From contig NC_058369.1 of NCBI RefSeq assembly GCF_018350175.1, positions 25,112,001-25,176,000 on the forward strand: DNA of 64,000 bases, read 5' to 3'. A model generated the notes under the pieces. That model saw only the letters and a list, made by a program, of their open reading frames with translations, did not search any database and was not told the origin of the DNA. The position numbers and the translations under genes were made by a program. Positions 48,639 through 60,772 of this stretch are shown here, piece after piece; position 1 is the stretch's first letter; each line of letters opens with the position of its first letter. The stretch is from Felis catus (Eukaryota).

Positions 48639-49105
48639 GTCAAACATCTATTGAGCACTTAACCTGTGCCTGGCCAAGAATGAGGCCCTCTTTGTGGGTG
48701 ATCTTAACCACAACAGCACTCTCTTCCAAAATTATACCACTTCCATCACCACCTGGACTTCCATATTCTAGAAGAAAACCAGAAACCAAGCTGATAAACA
48801 GTATAATTTTAATTAAAATAATCAGTGTGTATACATATGCTTACGAATGCAAGAAAGAAATTTCCTGCAATATTCACTGATTAACAGTATTTGGTGGTGA
48901 GTGGTAGAATTACACGTAATTATTTTACTTCCTTTTTATATTTTTCTAAACTTCTCAAAGTTTTTACAATCAACACAAATTAATAGTTAATAATATAACA
49001 AAAATTAACCTTACAAAAGCAAAAATTTATAAAATTGGTCTTCTTAACTTATTACTTTTTAGCAAAAAATCTACCAAACAGTCTTAAATTATTAATTATC
49101 TAGAC

Positions 49106-49270
49106 CAGAAGTTGACAAACTATGGCCTGCCTGTTTGTGTAAATAAAGTTTTGTTGAAACACAGCCACATACGTTCATAAATGATGGAGCCTGCTTTTTG
49201 CTACATCTGTAGAGTTGAATAGCTGCGAGTAGGCACATGGAAACGCTATACCCCTTTTCTAACCTGCCCT
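49106..49270. mobile_element. MER58A-like MITE
   Basis: cagaagttgacaaactatggcc...tgtaaataaagttttgttgaaacacagccac...agagttgaatag. Confidence 0.8.
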
Positions 49271-50414
49271 AGGATGGACCTCTTACTTCCTCACTTCAAT
49301 TTCTCTTCACAACATGTCTCTACTTGTTTTGCCACACAGCCCAAACTGGATATAGCAGGAAGCTAATGAAGCTGAAGCCCCTCCTTAGAACGGTACCCAT
49401 ATGGTCTTGTGTTTTTATAAAATTTGTAAAAGGATATTTTTAAATTCTTTTTCTTGAAGAAGCCCCCAGATTCTATGTTTCAGACTCCTCAAGTGTGAAT
49501 CCACCCCCACCCAAAGCCCCAGACATTTTACCACCCTTACTCCATTTTTAAGACCATAGTGTGTTTGGTGGTAAGAAAGGTCTTGTCCACCAACCCCCAA
49601 GGAGCTTTAGGCATGGTGAGCTCTTTTGATTTCCAATCCCCAGATAGCCAGTTCTCACAGACCGAGGCAGCTACCCATCAGTATACAGCTCTAGAGACCA
49701 CAGGGAAGGGGGCCCACCTGGGCCGGTCCTCAGGATCCACCAGAAAGCTCAGAGCAGACCATCCAGATGGAGGACCCCTGATGGCACCACACCCATAAAA
49801 GGAAGAGAAGAACACACTGGTTCACACATACTGTCTCTTAGCCATTCGTTACCTCCATTGAAATCCTACCAGCCAATTTATGTATTTCATGATACAGAGC
49901 TTCTGTAATCATAATAGCATTTTCAAATGATAAGAGGCAAGCGGATGCTGTAAAACTGCTTTCTAAAAAGTCAAGTTGACCACGAGAACAAGAAAAAAAG
50001 GGATAAAATCACATAAGTGTGCACAAATATCTTGTTGTTTATTTAAAAAACTTCTTCCAATTCAAACCATTATGGTGGGGCATTTATATCAATCCAGAGC
50101 CTACAGAGCCCAGCTGTCCAATCAAATGCCCATCCGTGCCTTAACTGTAGGTGGATACTGTCCTTCATTCTCTGGCTCTTGGTCTCTTCCTGGTCTATTC
50201 TTATCTTGTCTTTCCCCAGTGTGGGGGAGGGGGCATCTTTGTGGACGGCAGCTGGCGGTTTTGATAAGCAGGTGTCAGGAGTATGAAAATGACCTTGCTC
50301 ATCAGCTGGTGGGAACCCAGCAGACAAGGGAGTCACTGTATCACTGTCTACTAGGTCCCAGCCCCCCAAACCAAGGCACTGTGAGGCCCAGGAGGAGGGA
50401 GAGAGGGAAGCTTT

Positions 50415-50416
<2 letters not shown>

Positions 50417-50462
<46 letters not shown>
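50417..50462. repeat. (CA)23 microsatellite
   Basis: Direct reading. Confidence 0.97.
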
Positions 50463-50465
<3 letters not shown>

Positions 50466-51429
50466 GAGGGGGTGGGGGTTGACCAGACGAAAGAAAATCT
50501 GCATAATTTCACCCAGGAGAGGAAAAGCTTCCACTGAAGAGGAAAATTAAAACCTAACAATGAGGATGCATCGAGGTGTTTCCCAAACAGCAGAGATAGA
50601 CAAAGAAAAACAAAGGAGATTGATCTTTAGGAAAATCAAAGGGAAAGTCTACATTCTCTGCAGCTCTGGCAAATGCAATTAGGAGAGAGTTGGCGGATGT
50701 GGAAGGAGAGGGATGTATATTCACCCAGCTGATTCCAGCATCCAGACAGCCAGGGCCGTGTCAATGGCCGTTACTGTACCAGCCACTGGAAGGGGTCCAA
50801 CACACAGGACATGCTCTGGGGGGGGAGAGAATGTCCCCTAACCCAGTTTCCAATTAAATGTGGGTTAACTGGCACTGTTCCTTACAGCTCAAGGGGCCAA
50901 TTCAGAGCTGAAAGGAGCGTTTTTCAAAATAAAAAAGGCTGAGCCCGCCAAACTAGCACCTTTTATTTTCTCACATCCTTTCGGTTGCTCAGCCTGACCC
51001 ACTGCTAGCTGAGTTGACTCCCTGGTCCTCAGAGAAATGAGCCCTCCCAGCACCACCAGCTCCCAACCCAGACACCCTCCCAGCACATGTGGGGTTGAAC
51101 TCCATTCCGCTTTTCCCATGGAGTGGTCACTGCTGCCCAAGTCTGAGTCGCCTGTGAAAGCCACACATTGTCCCCAACAGACAAAACGCTCAACCCAGGA
51201 GAGCGGTCCATTCACTCTTCTCTAAGAGCCGACCTCCTCCTGTAACTTCTAGAGGATGCTGCTGCCCAAACGGTCACTCTTCTCTTCCCGAAGCCCATCA
51301 CTGACTCAAACGTGAGTAAAGAGCTTTCAGTGACACACCAGCACAAAGAAAGTGCAAACTGGAAACCAAGGCAAACTTCCAGCAACGGTTTTAAAGACCA
51401 AAGAGAAGTGTGGATATCAATTTGTTGGC

Positions 51430-51685
51430 AGTAATAATAAGTCACATTTATTACACACCAACTGAGGTACTAGGCTAAGGAAGTGTATTTTACTCGTTAT
51501 CTCATTTAGTCCTCAGAGCTACCCTATAAGGTAGGTCCTATTATTAGCCTCACTTTACATTCAAGGAAACTATAGCCCAGAGAGGTTAAGTAATATACCC
51601 AAGGTTACACCACACAACAATCAGGATTTGAACCAAGGCAGTCCATCTCCAGAGCCTGTGTTCTTAAATACCATGCTATCATTAT
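51430..51685 (-). mobile_element. MIR
   Basis: atctcatttagtcctca...ccctataaggtagg...cccagagaggttaagtaa...ggatttgaacc. Confidence 0.85.
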
Positions 51686-51854
51686 TACTAAACCGATTCA
51701 GAATTGTAAAATTATAGTCATGCTAACGTGTTCATATTTGGGGGGGGGGGTTGTGATTTTTCAGCTTACTTTTAGGTCACTTCTCACCCTCCCCCCAAGA
51801 GATGCTATAAACTGGCTTTTCAAATATAAAAATCACAGGTACCAAACAATGTGA

Positions 51855-52045
51855 TGAGTATGTGATACCTGTCATCTTATTTAAACCTCATGACCACCCT
51901 ACAAGGTTGGTATTAATACGATCTCATCTATAGATAAAGACACTGAGGTTCAGGAAGATTAACAGCCTTACCCAAGGTTATAAAACAGAGCAGGGATTTG
52001 AACCCAAGAGTGCCTGTTACCAGCATGTACATTCTTTCTACTATA
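51855..52045 (-). mobile_element. MIR
   Basis: cctcatgaccaccct...atagataaagacactgagg...gggatttgaaccc. Confidence 0.75.
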
Positions 52046-52591
52046 TATATCATCTTTCACAGAGTTTCAAGATTTTCCAGGAAAAAAAAAATCAATAGTA
52101 TCATGAAATGAGGGTGAGACCACAGTGGATGGCTGGACTATAGCCATGGACCATCTGGCCTTGAACCTGCAGCAGCCTGTGACCTTTGGCAAATCCCACC
52201 TCTCTTGAGGCCTCGGTTTCCTTGTCTGTGAAGGAGGAGCAAGAGAGCAAGGGGGCCTTCTAATACTCTAACTGGACAATGTGCATTCACGACCATGTAG
52301 AGCATGGGGGGGGCTCTGTGTTTGTCCTCCATGGACAGTAACTTCCCTCTTCTCTCCCGACACAACTCCTCAGGACCAGGTTCCTAATTCTGTCCTTGAA
52401 TGCAGGCCAGTATAGCCAGGAGAGAGTTTTTAGGCACAGCCTGAGACCAGACAGTGGTGAGGAAGGGACAGGTCTTCTGGGAGGAGGCAGGGACTGGGGC
52501 AAAGCAGGGCATCTGGGAAGAAGCTAGTAAAGAGTGTTTGAACAAGTATTGACCCTTGATCTGAGGGGTAGGAACACAGGTAGAAACTCAC

Positions 52592-52635
52592 CAACCTTTG
52601 CCTTTAATTTGATACACACCGTACATAAAATAAAG
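52592..52635 (-). other. Candidate alternative ARHGEF3 exon with ATG (MYGVYQIKGKG + TG)
   Basis: T-rich acceptor ttttgttttttaag at 52636, ATG at 52626 and donor TTG|gtgagt at 52591. The 35 coding nt end in phase 2, in frame with exon 4989-5055. Context is non-repetitive. Confidence 0.4.
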
Positions 52636-53129
52636 CTTAAAAAACAAAACAAAAAAAAATATTTGAAGAGATGACAATCAGACCAGGCAAGATTCTGCCA
52701 AATTAAAACTTTGTTACTATACACACTCCACATAAAATACTTAACATCCCATCAAAGACACCCCTTTAAAATTGTCTACCTTCTAAGTTCGTCATAGAGA
52801 GGGGACGAAAATCACCAAGATGAATTATTATGTTCAGTGAGTGGGCCAGGGGTGAGAGCAGGCCCAGGGAAATCCTTCATTTAACAATCAAATCTCAAAG
52901 TGCCCAGCTAACACTTTTAACTCTACTCCTGTTTCTATGTGTAATTCAGTAGAACAAGTAAGGCCTAGAATTTCAGGTAGGGACTTAGAATCCTGGCTCT
53001 GTCACTGACTTGCTGGACCCTAGGGTTGGATAAGGAATCACAGCCCCTTGTAGCCATCCCTCCTACCTGTGAAAAAGGACAGCAAAGACCACAAAAGAAA
53101 GGGGATCGCTGGCCCCGATGGCACAAACA

Positions 53130-53615
53130 TTGGGGGTTTCTGCCACTGTGCCTCTGATTGCCTGTCTGTGGGTAACTGCACTTGGCTTTCCCATTGGGGG
53201 AACCACCTTTTCCCCCTCTCAGTCCATGGGTCCAGGTGAGGCTGATCTTATCCCCCCACCCTTGAGTTCCAGAGACAGCATGTGTCCCAAGTGGAACAAA
53301 TATGAGTCTACTTGGGAAGTCCTATTGGAACAAGTGGGAATGATAAACTCTCCACAGCTGTGGGACAATATCAGCCTGTAGCTTCTGGGAAGTATCCTGT
53401 GAAGGAACCTTCCTGGGAATGAAGCCAATACAGAAGAAAGTGGAGCCAAGGGAAGTAAAGAGTGAAACCAAAACCTAATAACTCTGAGCCCCTGGATCTG
53501 GCCATGCCTGAAGCTACATACTGTTGGGCCACCCATTCATAGGAACCCCATATTCCCTTAATCCAGACTGAATTTTGTTTCTGTCACTTGCAACAATAAC
53601 AAATCCTGACTGAAT
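53130..53615 (+). mobile_element. MLT1K-like MaLR solo LTR
   Basis: ctgagcccctggatctggccatgcctgaagc...tttctgtcacttgcaac...cctgactga. Confidence 0.8.
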
Positions 53616-53865
53616 GGAACCACTGCATACAATCACAAGAACTCCTAGTTATAAGGGACACTGAAGGCCATCCATCCAGCAGTGCACATATTAACATTCA
53701 GTAGTGGTATATTGGCCTAATGAACTAATGATTTATTCATGACTCTAGTTTCTGATGTCTCAAACTGAAGTAAAGCTATTCTGTTGGCGTTACTCTAAAC
53801 CACGGGAGAAACCACTGCATCTCCATGGGGCAATAATGCAAATTATGGCAAGTAGCTCAAAATAC

Positions 53866-54054
53866 TTTTTTTTAAGTTTGTTTATATATTTTGAGGGGGG
53901 TGGGGCAGAGAGAAAGGGAAAAGGAGAATCCCAACAGGCTGCCATACTGTTGGTGCAAAGTCCCACATGGAACTCGATCCCACAAACTGTGCAATCATAA
54001 CCTGAGCTGAAACCAAGAGTCAGACACTTAACCAACTGAACCACCCAGGTGCCC
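53866..54054 (-). mobile_element. Can-SINE
   Basis: Poly-T...ctgaaccacccaggtgccc. Confidence 0.92.
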
Positions 54055-54089
54055 TTTGACATACTTTTTTAATTAAAAGAGAGACAGAG

Positions 54090-54650
54090 CACAACCAGAT
54101 GTGGCTCACTCCAGGAATGCATGGATGGGTCAATATTAGGAAATATATCAGTACAATTTACCTCATTAACAGGACCAAAAGGAAAAACACATATGTCTTT
54201 TTAGATGTCAATCTTGTTAAATTTCAACATTTATTCCTGACTCTTTAACAAAATCTCTTAACAAAATAGGAACAGAGAGGAACTTTCTCAAGAAATATAC
54301 AGCTCAAACTGAGAGCCAGCACTCCCACTGATGTCAGTATAAGGTAAAAAAATGACCTGAAATATAGTCATTGTTTAACATTATGCAGAAAGCATTTGCC
54401 AATCTAATTAGACCAATAAACAAACAAACAAAGCTTTACCAATTGGGAAGGAAGAAGAAGCAAAATACAATTAACTTGCAGAAGATGTGATTATGTGCCT
54501 GAAAAAATCCCTCCTCACACACACACAAAATAATAATAATAATAATAATAATAATATCTAAAAAACTATTAGAACCAATAGGACAATTTTACAATATTAG
54601 TCAACATTAATAAAATAAATTATTAACCAATAGCTTTCCTACATGCAGAA
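54090..54650 (+). mobile_element. Old L1 ORF2 reverse-transcriptase-region fragment
   Basis: ccaggaatgcatggatgggtcaatattaggaaa (PGMQGWFNIRK-like) and ttgcagaagatgtgatt (FADDMI-like); heavily decayed, with (AAT)n inside. Confidence 0.75.
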
Positions 54651-54779
54651 AACAAAACAAAACCAAACAAGAAAAGTGATTTTTCTAAAACATATTCCTT
54701 CTTGTACTCCTGTTTCTGCTTCCTGTTTAGTTCCCAGCCCTTATAAAACCTAAACTAAACTACAAAACACTCCAGGGGT

Positions 54780-54933
54780 GGGGGCACCTGGGTGGCTCAG
54801 TCGGTTAAGCAACCAACTTAGTCGTGATCTCACGGTCTGTGAGTTCAAGTCCCATGTCCAGCTCTGTGCTGACAGCTCAGAGCCTGAAGCCCGCTTCGGA
54901 CTCTGTGTCTCCCTCTCTCTGCCCCTCCCCTGC

Positions 54934-54982
<49 letters not shown>

Positions 54983-55012
54983 AATAAATAAACATTTTAA
55001 AAATTAAAAAAA
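54780..55012 (+). mobile_element. SINEC_Fc-like SINE
   Basis: TSD aaaacactccaggg at 54764-54777 and 55013-55026; long (CT)n linker. Confidence 0.95.
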
Positions 55013-56338
55013 AAAACACTCCAGGGAAGGGACCCTGTTAGATGTTATCCGGCTCCTGCCTGTCCTAGCCAGAGGTATATCCCTGAGTCCAGCACAGTGC
55101 CTGGCATTGAGCCTCCATCAATACCCATCCTTGAGGAAGACGCTGGCTGCTGCTCGGGCTACACATGGCACACACAACACCACACACAGGTGGGACAAAG
55201 CCACATTCGGCTACAGTCCCAGCAGTAATCTTTGGGGAAGCCTTACCCCGAGTTCTCATGCTCTCCTCCCACCTACAGAACACAAGCCTCAAGACTCTCC
55301 CTATGCACACCCTAGCAGAACTCCCAAACAAAACCAGCACCTCATAAATGTATCTTGATAATTTCCATTAAGGCTACACACCACCATCCGTGGCCTCCCC
55401 AGCTCTCCAAACCCAATTCACCACCCTTGTTGTTGAAAAGGTTGATTCATCTCCAGGGAAAGTGCCAGGCTCTAGCCTGGAAGGAATTTTCTATGGATTC
55501 CCCAAAAGGGAGATTGCTGCACCTGGTCTCCACCCAGCAAAGGCTCAGCATCAGGACGGGTGCTGCTTTTCACCCAAGATCCATCCTTCCACAGAGTGGG
55601 GGCTGGTTCAGCTTCCTCTGCCAGATGAGTGGGGGCCACAGACCAAAACTCTCAAAGACTCTCTTTTCCTACCTGCTGTGTTCCATGAATTGCATTTCTT
55701 GGAACACCACGGAGTGCTTTGCCCATTCAAATGCCCTCCAGTTTGAGTGTTTTTAGAGATTTTCCAAGTACTCACTATATGTTAGATCTTGCTAGGCCCT
55801 TCTTCATGCCCTTCTTGTGTTCTATTATTTATCTCTCCTTCTTTACTGTAAGCAAGGTCCACATCTGACTATATCCCCCCAGAATGCCTGATGGAGTGCT
55901 GAGCACATGAAAGATACTCAAATAATCGCTGGCTGGATTCTTTGAGAAATCAACATACGTTAGGGATAGTCACAGGAAAGCAACAACACAGAACTTAAGG
56001 TTCAGGAGCCTGAGTCTTGTCTTGGCTCTTCCATCCCTTGCTAGAGGACCACAGTCCAGCCCCTGACTTCTCAAAATCTCAGTTCCTCATCTGTCAAATA
56101 ATATCGTCTCCCTCAAGGGGTCTTCATGTGTCTCAAATAATATCACATACACTCACTAAATTACTTTAGCAATAACCAAGTAAACTGTCTGCGGGATTAT
56201 GCCAATGAATGGAATAAGGGGCTTATTCTGTTTTCACATTTGTTCAACAAATGTTTTCATCCCAGGCACTGCCCAGAGAAGTCAGTGAGAAGGAGACACA
56301 CAGACCCCATCTGCCCTCATGGGGCTTATAGTTGTTTT

Positions 56339-56559
56339 ATTTTTTTTTAATTTTTTTAACGTTTATTCATTTTTTGATATAGAGAGACAGAGCGTGAGCA
56401 GGGGAGGGGCAGAGAGAAAGGGAGATGCAAAATCTGAAGCAGGCTCCAGGCTCTGAACTGATAGCACAGAGCCCGAAGCAGGGCTAGAACTCAGGGACCG
56501 TGAGATCATGACCTGAGCTGAAGTCAGATGCTTAACCAACTGAGCCACCCAGGGACCCC
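56339..56559 (-). mobile_element. SINEC_Fc-like SINE inserted in an L2 fragment
   Basis: Perfect 20-bp TSD atggggcttatagttgtttt at 56319-56338 and 56560-56579. Confidence 0.97.
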
Positions 56560-56902
56560 ATGGGGCTTATAGTTGTTTTAAACAACATGCTGAAAATTTT
56601 AGGCTTGAAAGGAAAAACTCACCAACCAACCTCTTTCTTTTAAGCCAGAGAAGAATCTGAAAAGCAAAGAGACACCCCCAAGGTCACAGAGCCAGGAAGA
56701 GAGCAGTGCTTGCACAACATTTTTTTAACTTGCATCTAGGGCTTTTTACATGGGAGGGAGAGTTTCTGCTTGAATGAAAACCTTTTTGAAGATGCCTGAG
56801 CCTCCTGCTTACCCTCAACTCACTCGCCAGGAGGCTTATAATAGGGGTTGGAAGATTTGTTCTACCTTTTGCCTACTATACTATTATAAAGTTCCTAACG
56901 GA

Positions 56903-57126
56903 GGGGAGCCTAGGTGGCTCAGTCGGTTCAGTGCCTGACTTGGTTCATGTCATGATCTCGCCGTTTGGTTCATGGGTTCGAGCCCTGCACCGGGCTCTCT
57001 GCTGTCAGCTTAGAGTCTGCTTCAGATCCTCTGTCCCCTCTCTCTGCCCCTCCCCCACCGCAGCCTGTGCACACACACCCTCTCTCTCTCTCTCGAAAAC
57101 TAAACATTAAAAAAAAAAAAAAAAAC
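56903..57126 (+). mobile_element. Can-SINE
   Basis: TSD taaagttcctaa(c/t)gga at 56887-56902 and 57127-57142. Confidence 0.95.
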
Positions 57127-59000
57127 TAAAGTTCCTAATGGAAAAAAAAAAAAGTGCTATATCATTCAAAATCCAGCATCTGTGTTCTTGGTTACTTTGC
57201 CTTTCTGTCCTATGCACATCGCTGAAGCTCTGGGAGGAAACTTCAAGATTTCCCAACCCAGCACATCCCCAGTGTGACCTATGCAACAGCAGATGAGGAA
57301 GGCTACACACTCTACCCTCTCCTGAGAGGCCCCTCCATGCACACTAGCTCTGTTGGGTCCTGCGAGAAAGGCCACATTTATCTGAGCTTAAGTCAGCAAT
57401 ACCCAAATAAAGTTTGGCAGCAAGCCCCATTGTTCCCTGCAAAGCCTACTGATGCTTGGAAGAAATAATATTCTAATGAGGAGACTATAGGTTACTGAGG
57501 GGACCTCTAAGAAGACAACTTGGGGAGGTAAAGCACCTTGCCCAAGGTTACCGGGCTTCTGAGTCTAAGAGATAAGGCTAGAACCTCAGGTCAGGAGAAA
57601 TTATACCCTCCCTTTTGCTGGGTTTCCAGCTTCTCAAGGTCAGCAGCTGAATTTCTAGAGGAAGTACAGCAGGGCCCCACACAGCCCTGTGGGCAGTGGA
57701 CAAAGAACTAATAAAAATCAGTGACCAAAACAGCTCCAGCCTAAGGACAAGATGCACGCTGATAAGGGATCAAGAGAACAACTAACAACAGGCAGCAGCA
57801 CTAAGCTGTCTACAGGTGAGAGCTCTTGAGCATGCGACAAATCAGTGACCTCGAGCATGAAACAGAACACCACTCTGGGGCAAATCTCAGTGTTGGATTC
57901 AGCCCTTCATGTCTAAAAATTACTAATCACCATCTAAAAACTACTGTTTTCTATCCAGTTCAGTCAACTGAAGCTGCTCCCTGTGCACTGGACCCTGAGC
58001 CAGGTGTGGGTGTCCCTGCACCAGATGAGGCCAGCCTTCCAGGAGAGTAAAGTCTAGCAGAGCTGGCACAAAGGAGGTGCTCAAGACACTAAAATAAAGG
58101 AGTGAGCCAGAGAGGATCTTTATTTTCATAAAGAGACATGCATTTGTCTAATCTGAGAGTGAAAGGCCTTAATAATTCCTTATCTGAGCATTTTCCCATA
58201 GAGCAACATCCCAAAGGGATGCTGACTGACTGAATAAATGAATGAATGAGTGAATGGATGAATGAGCAAATGAATGAACTTAAACCTCTCCATTTCTCCA
58301 GCATGGGCTAAGTGCCATCCACCCACCCATTTCCCCACAGGTCCATTTATAGGATGGATTTACAAGAAGAGTAAGGACTTCTCCCCTCAAAATTTTCCTC
58401 TTTGAACATCAGAAATTCCACCTGCCTAACTCCACTGCTGCACAGCTGAGGAAACTGAGGCACAGTCACTGATGGCAGCAGAAAACTGAACTCCCCAGGG
58501 GCTTAATCTTCTAGAAATCCTGTGTTCTAGTGAGTTAGCAGCTAGAGCTAGACGTAGTGACTCACGGTTGCTCAGTCAATAAAGGCTGTGAGATGAGGTC
58601 TCCTCAAAAAAGTCACTAGACGAAAAAGACAGAATGGCCACAAAGCTCAGGAGCAAAAACTGTGTCCCCGCAGAAGGAAGTGTGGTCTGTAGGCAGGGCC
58701 TGGAGCCACTCTCCTCGGAAAAGTGGGGGTGGCCCCAGGTGAGCTGAAGTCCTTCTCTCTGGCTGCCTTTGTCACAGTACCTCACCTCAGGGACCCAGGG
58801 TCTACCCCTTGTCACTATTCCACCCCATAACTCATCAGTCCAGAAATACTAGTGGGCACCTACTGTGTGCCACACATTGGGTAAATGATAGGGGAGATTT
58901 GGTCCTATGGAATTCACAGTCCAATAGGTAAGGCAGACACTAAAAAGATGAACACATTTAGGATGAGAAATAGTGTCGACTGGTTATCATTTCTAAAATG

Positions 59001-59104
59001 TCAAGCCCCACGTTGGGTTCTGTGCTGACAGCTCAGAGCCTGGGACCTGCTTCAGATTCTGTGTCTCCCTCTCTCTCTGCCCCTCCCCCGTGCACTCACG
59101 CTCT

Positions 59105-59139
<35 letters not shown>

Positions 59140-59176
59140 AACAATAAACATTAGAAAGAAATTAAAAAAAAATAAA
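59001..59176 (+). mobile_element. 5'-truncated SINEC_Fc-like SINE
   Basis: Begins at tcaagcccc and lacks the A-box head; has the CT linker and A tail. Confidence 0.9.
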
Positions 59177-59830
59177 CAACAAAAGTGAAAACAGTAACCT
59201 TTATTAGGTGCTTACTATATGTTAGGTGCTTTACTATAATTAACTCAGGACATGTCCCAGCAAACCAGTGCAGGAGACACTATTATCCCCACTGACCAAT
59301 GAAGAATCACTTTTCTACTTAACCATTGCTTATCATGTGTGTGACTACCTCCTGCCCGCCACTCCCCCCCGCCAACTCTGAATTCTCTAACAACTCGTCT
59401 TACCCATCTTTTTGTCTCAGGTACACAGGTAGTATTCAATAAATGCCCACTGAACGAATAATCAAATGATCAATGGGCAAGTTTCCTTCAAGGCATTATC
59501 TGCTAATAAGCTCAATTTTTGGAACAAGTGTGATCAGTGTTCTAATAATGACATGAGAGGTAGCTGTGATGTACAAAGAGCCAGAGCCACAGCCAGACCC
59601 TAAGACCTGAGACAGAGGCTTGTCTGTGTGAACTTGAACAATAACATCATCACCCTAGGCCTGATGGCTTAAAACTGTTGATGAAGAAGCAAGAAATGGT
59701 AATAAGGAGCCGAGGATCTTCCAGGTCTAAATTTGCTGGTCTCTGAAACATAATGGGAGGAGGGCCTCAGGAAGCCATCTGGAATTGCATACTGCCTGCT
59801 TTTAGAATGAGATCTAAAGTTACAATTTTA

Positions 59831-59858
59831 TTTACGTATTTAGTTTTTAATGTTTATT

Positions 59859-59896
<38 letters not shown>

Positions 59897-60071
59897 TGTG
59901 TGTGTGAACAGGGGAGGAGCAGAAGAAGAGAGGGAAACACAGAACCCAAAGCAGGCTCCAGGCTCTGAGCTGTCAGCACAGAGCCCGATAAGGGGCTCCA
60001 ATTCACAAACTGCAAGATCATGACCTGAGCCGAAGTTGGATGCTTAACCGACTGAGCCACCCAGGCGCCCC
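59831..60071 (-). mobile_element. SINEC_Fc-like SINE
   Basis: Ends tgagccacccaggcgcccc; TSD taa(ag/ga)ttacaatttta. Confidence 0.95.
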
Positions 60072-60204
60072 TAAGATTACAATTTTAGAGTAGGGTGACT
60101 GATCAGGTCTGTGGGGGTGAGTGACACATCTCCCTCCATAGCTCAGTGGGTGTATTTATCCTAATAAAGCAGATTTACCCTCATGATAAATATGCTCAAC
60201 CTGC

Positions 60205-60322
60205 TGTTAAAACAAAAAAAACAAAAAACAAGCCCAGGTGCCTAGCTGGCTCAGTCAGAGGAGTGTGCAACTCTTGATCTCCGGATCATGAGTTCAAGCC
60301 CCATGTTGGGGATAGAGAGGAC

Positions 60323-60366
<44 letters not shown>

Positions 60367-60772
60367 ACTTAACAATAATAATAATAATAATAATAATAAA
60401 AACAAGCCCAAATTGAAGTCATTTCCCCCCACACCAGCAAACCAAGACTTCATTAGAGTTTCAACCTATCCCAGGAACGTGACCTTTTTACAAGTCAACC
60501 TGAAAATTTTCTAAGCAGCATTAGTCAGGTTATCTGCAAGGTTAAAACCCTGCTGTTCCCTCCCTGACCCTAAAAAGGTGTCTTGGCCTGAAACAATCTT
60601 TCTTTTGCTAATAATTTCCTTGCCCCACCCTCCTTCCTATAAAAACTTTCCATTCTGTACACCTCGTCCAAGCTCCTTTCTACTTGGTATGTGAGATACT
60701 GCCCAGTTCATGAATCACATAATAAAAGCCAATTCGATCTTCAAATTTACTTGGTTGAATTCTGTTTTCTCA
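60205..60772 (+). mobile_element. ERV1-class solo LTR (MER34-like), interrupted by a SINE
   Basis: TG...CA termini; TATAAAA at 60638-60644; AATAAA at 60721-60726; ttcatgaatc...aataaaagccaattcgatctt end typical of MER34-group LTRs. Confidence 0.75.
60237..60397 (+). mobile_element. Short-type Can-SINE with (TAAA)n/(AAT)n tail
   Basis: TSD aaaaacaagccca at 60224-60236 and 60398-60410. Confidence 0.92.

Noticed and set aside
49976..50560. ORFs with HT or CV dipeptide runs
   Set aside because: Artefacts of the (CA)23 repeat.
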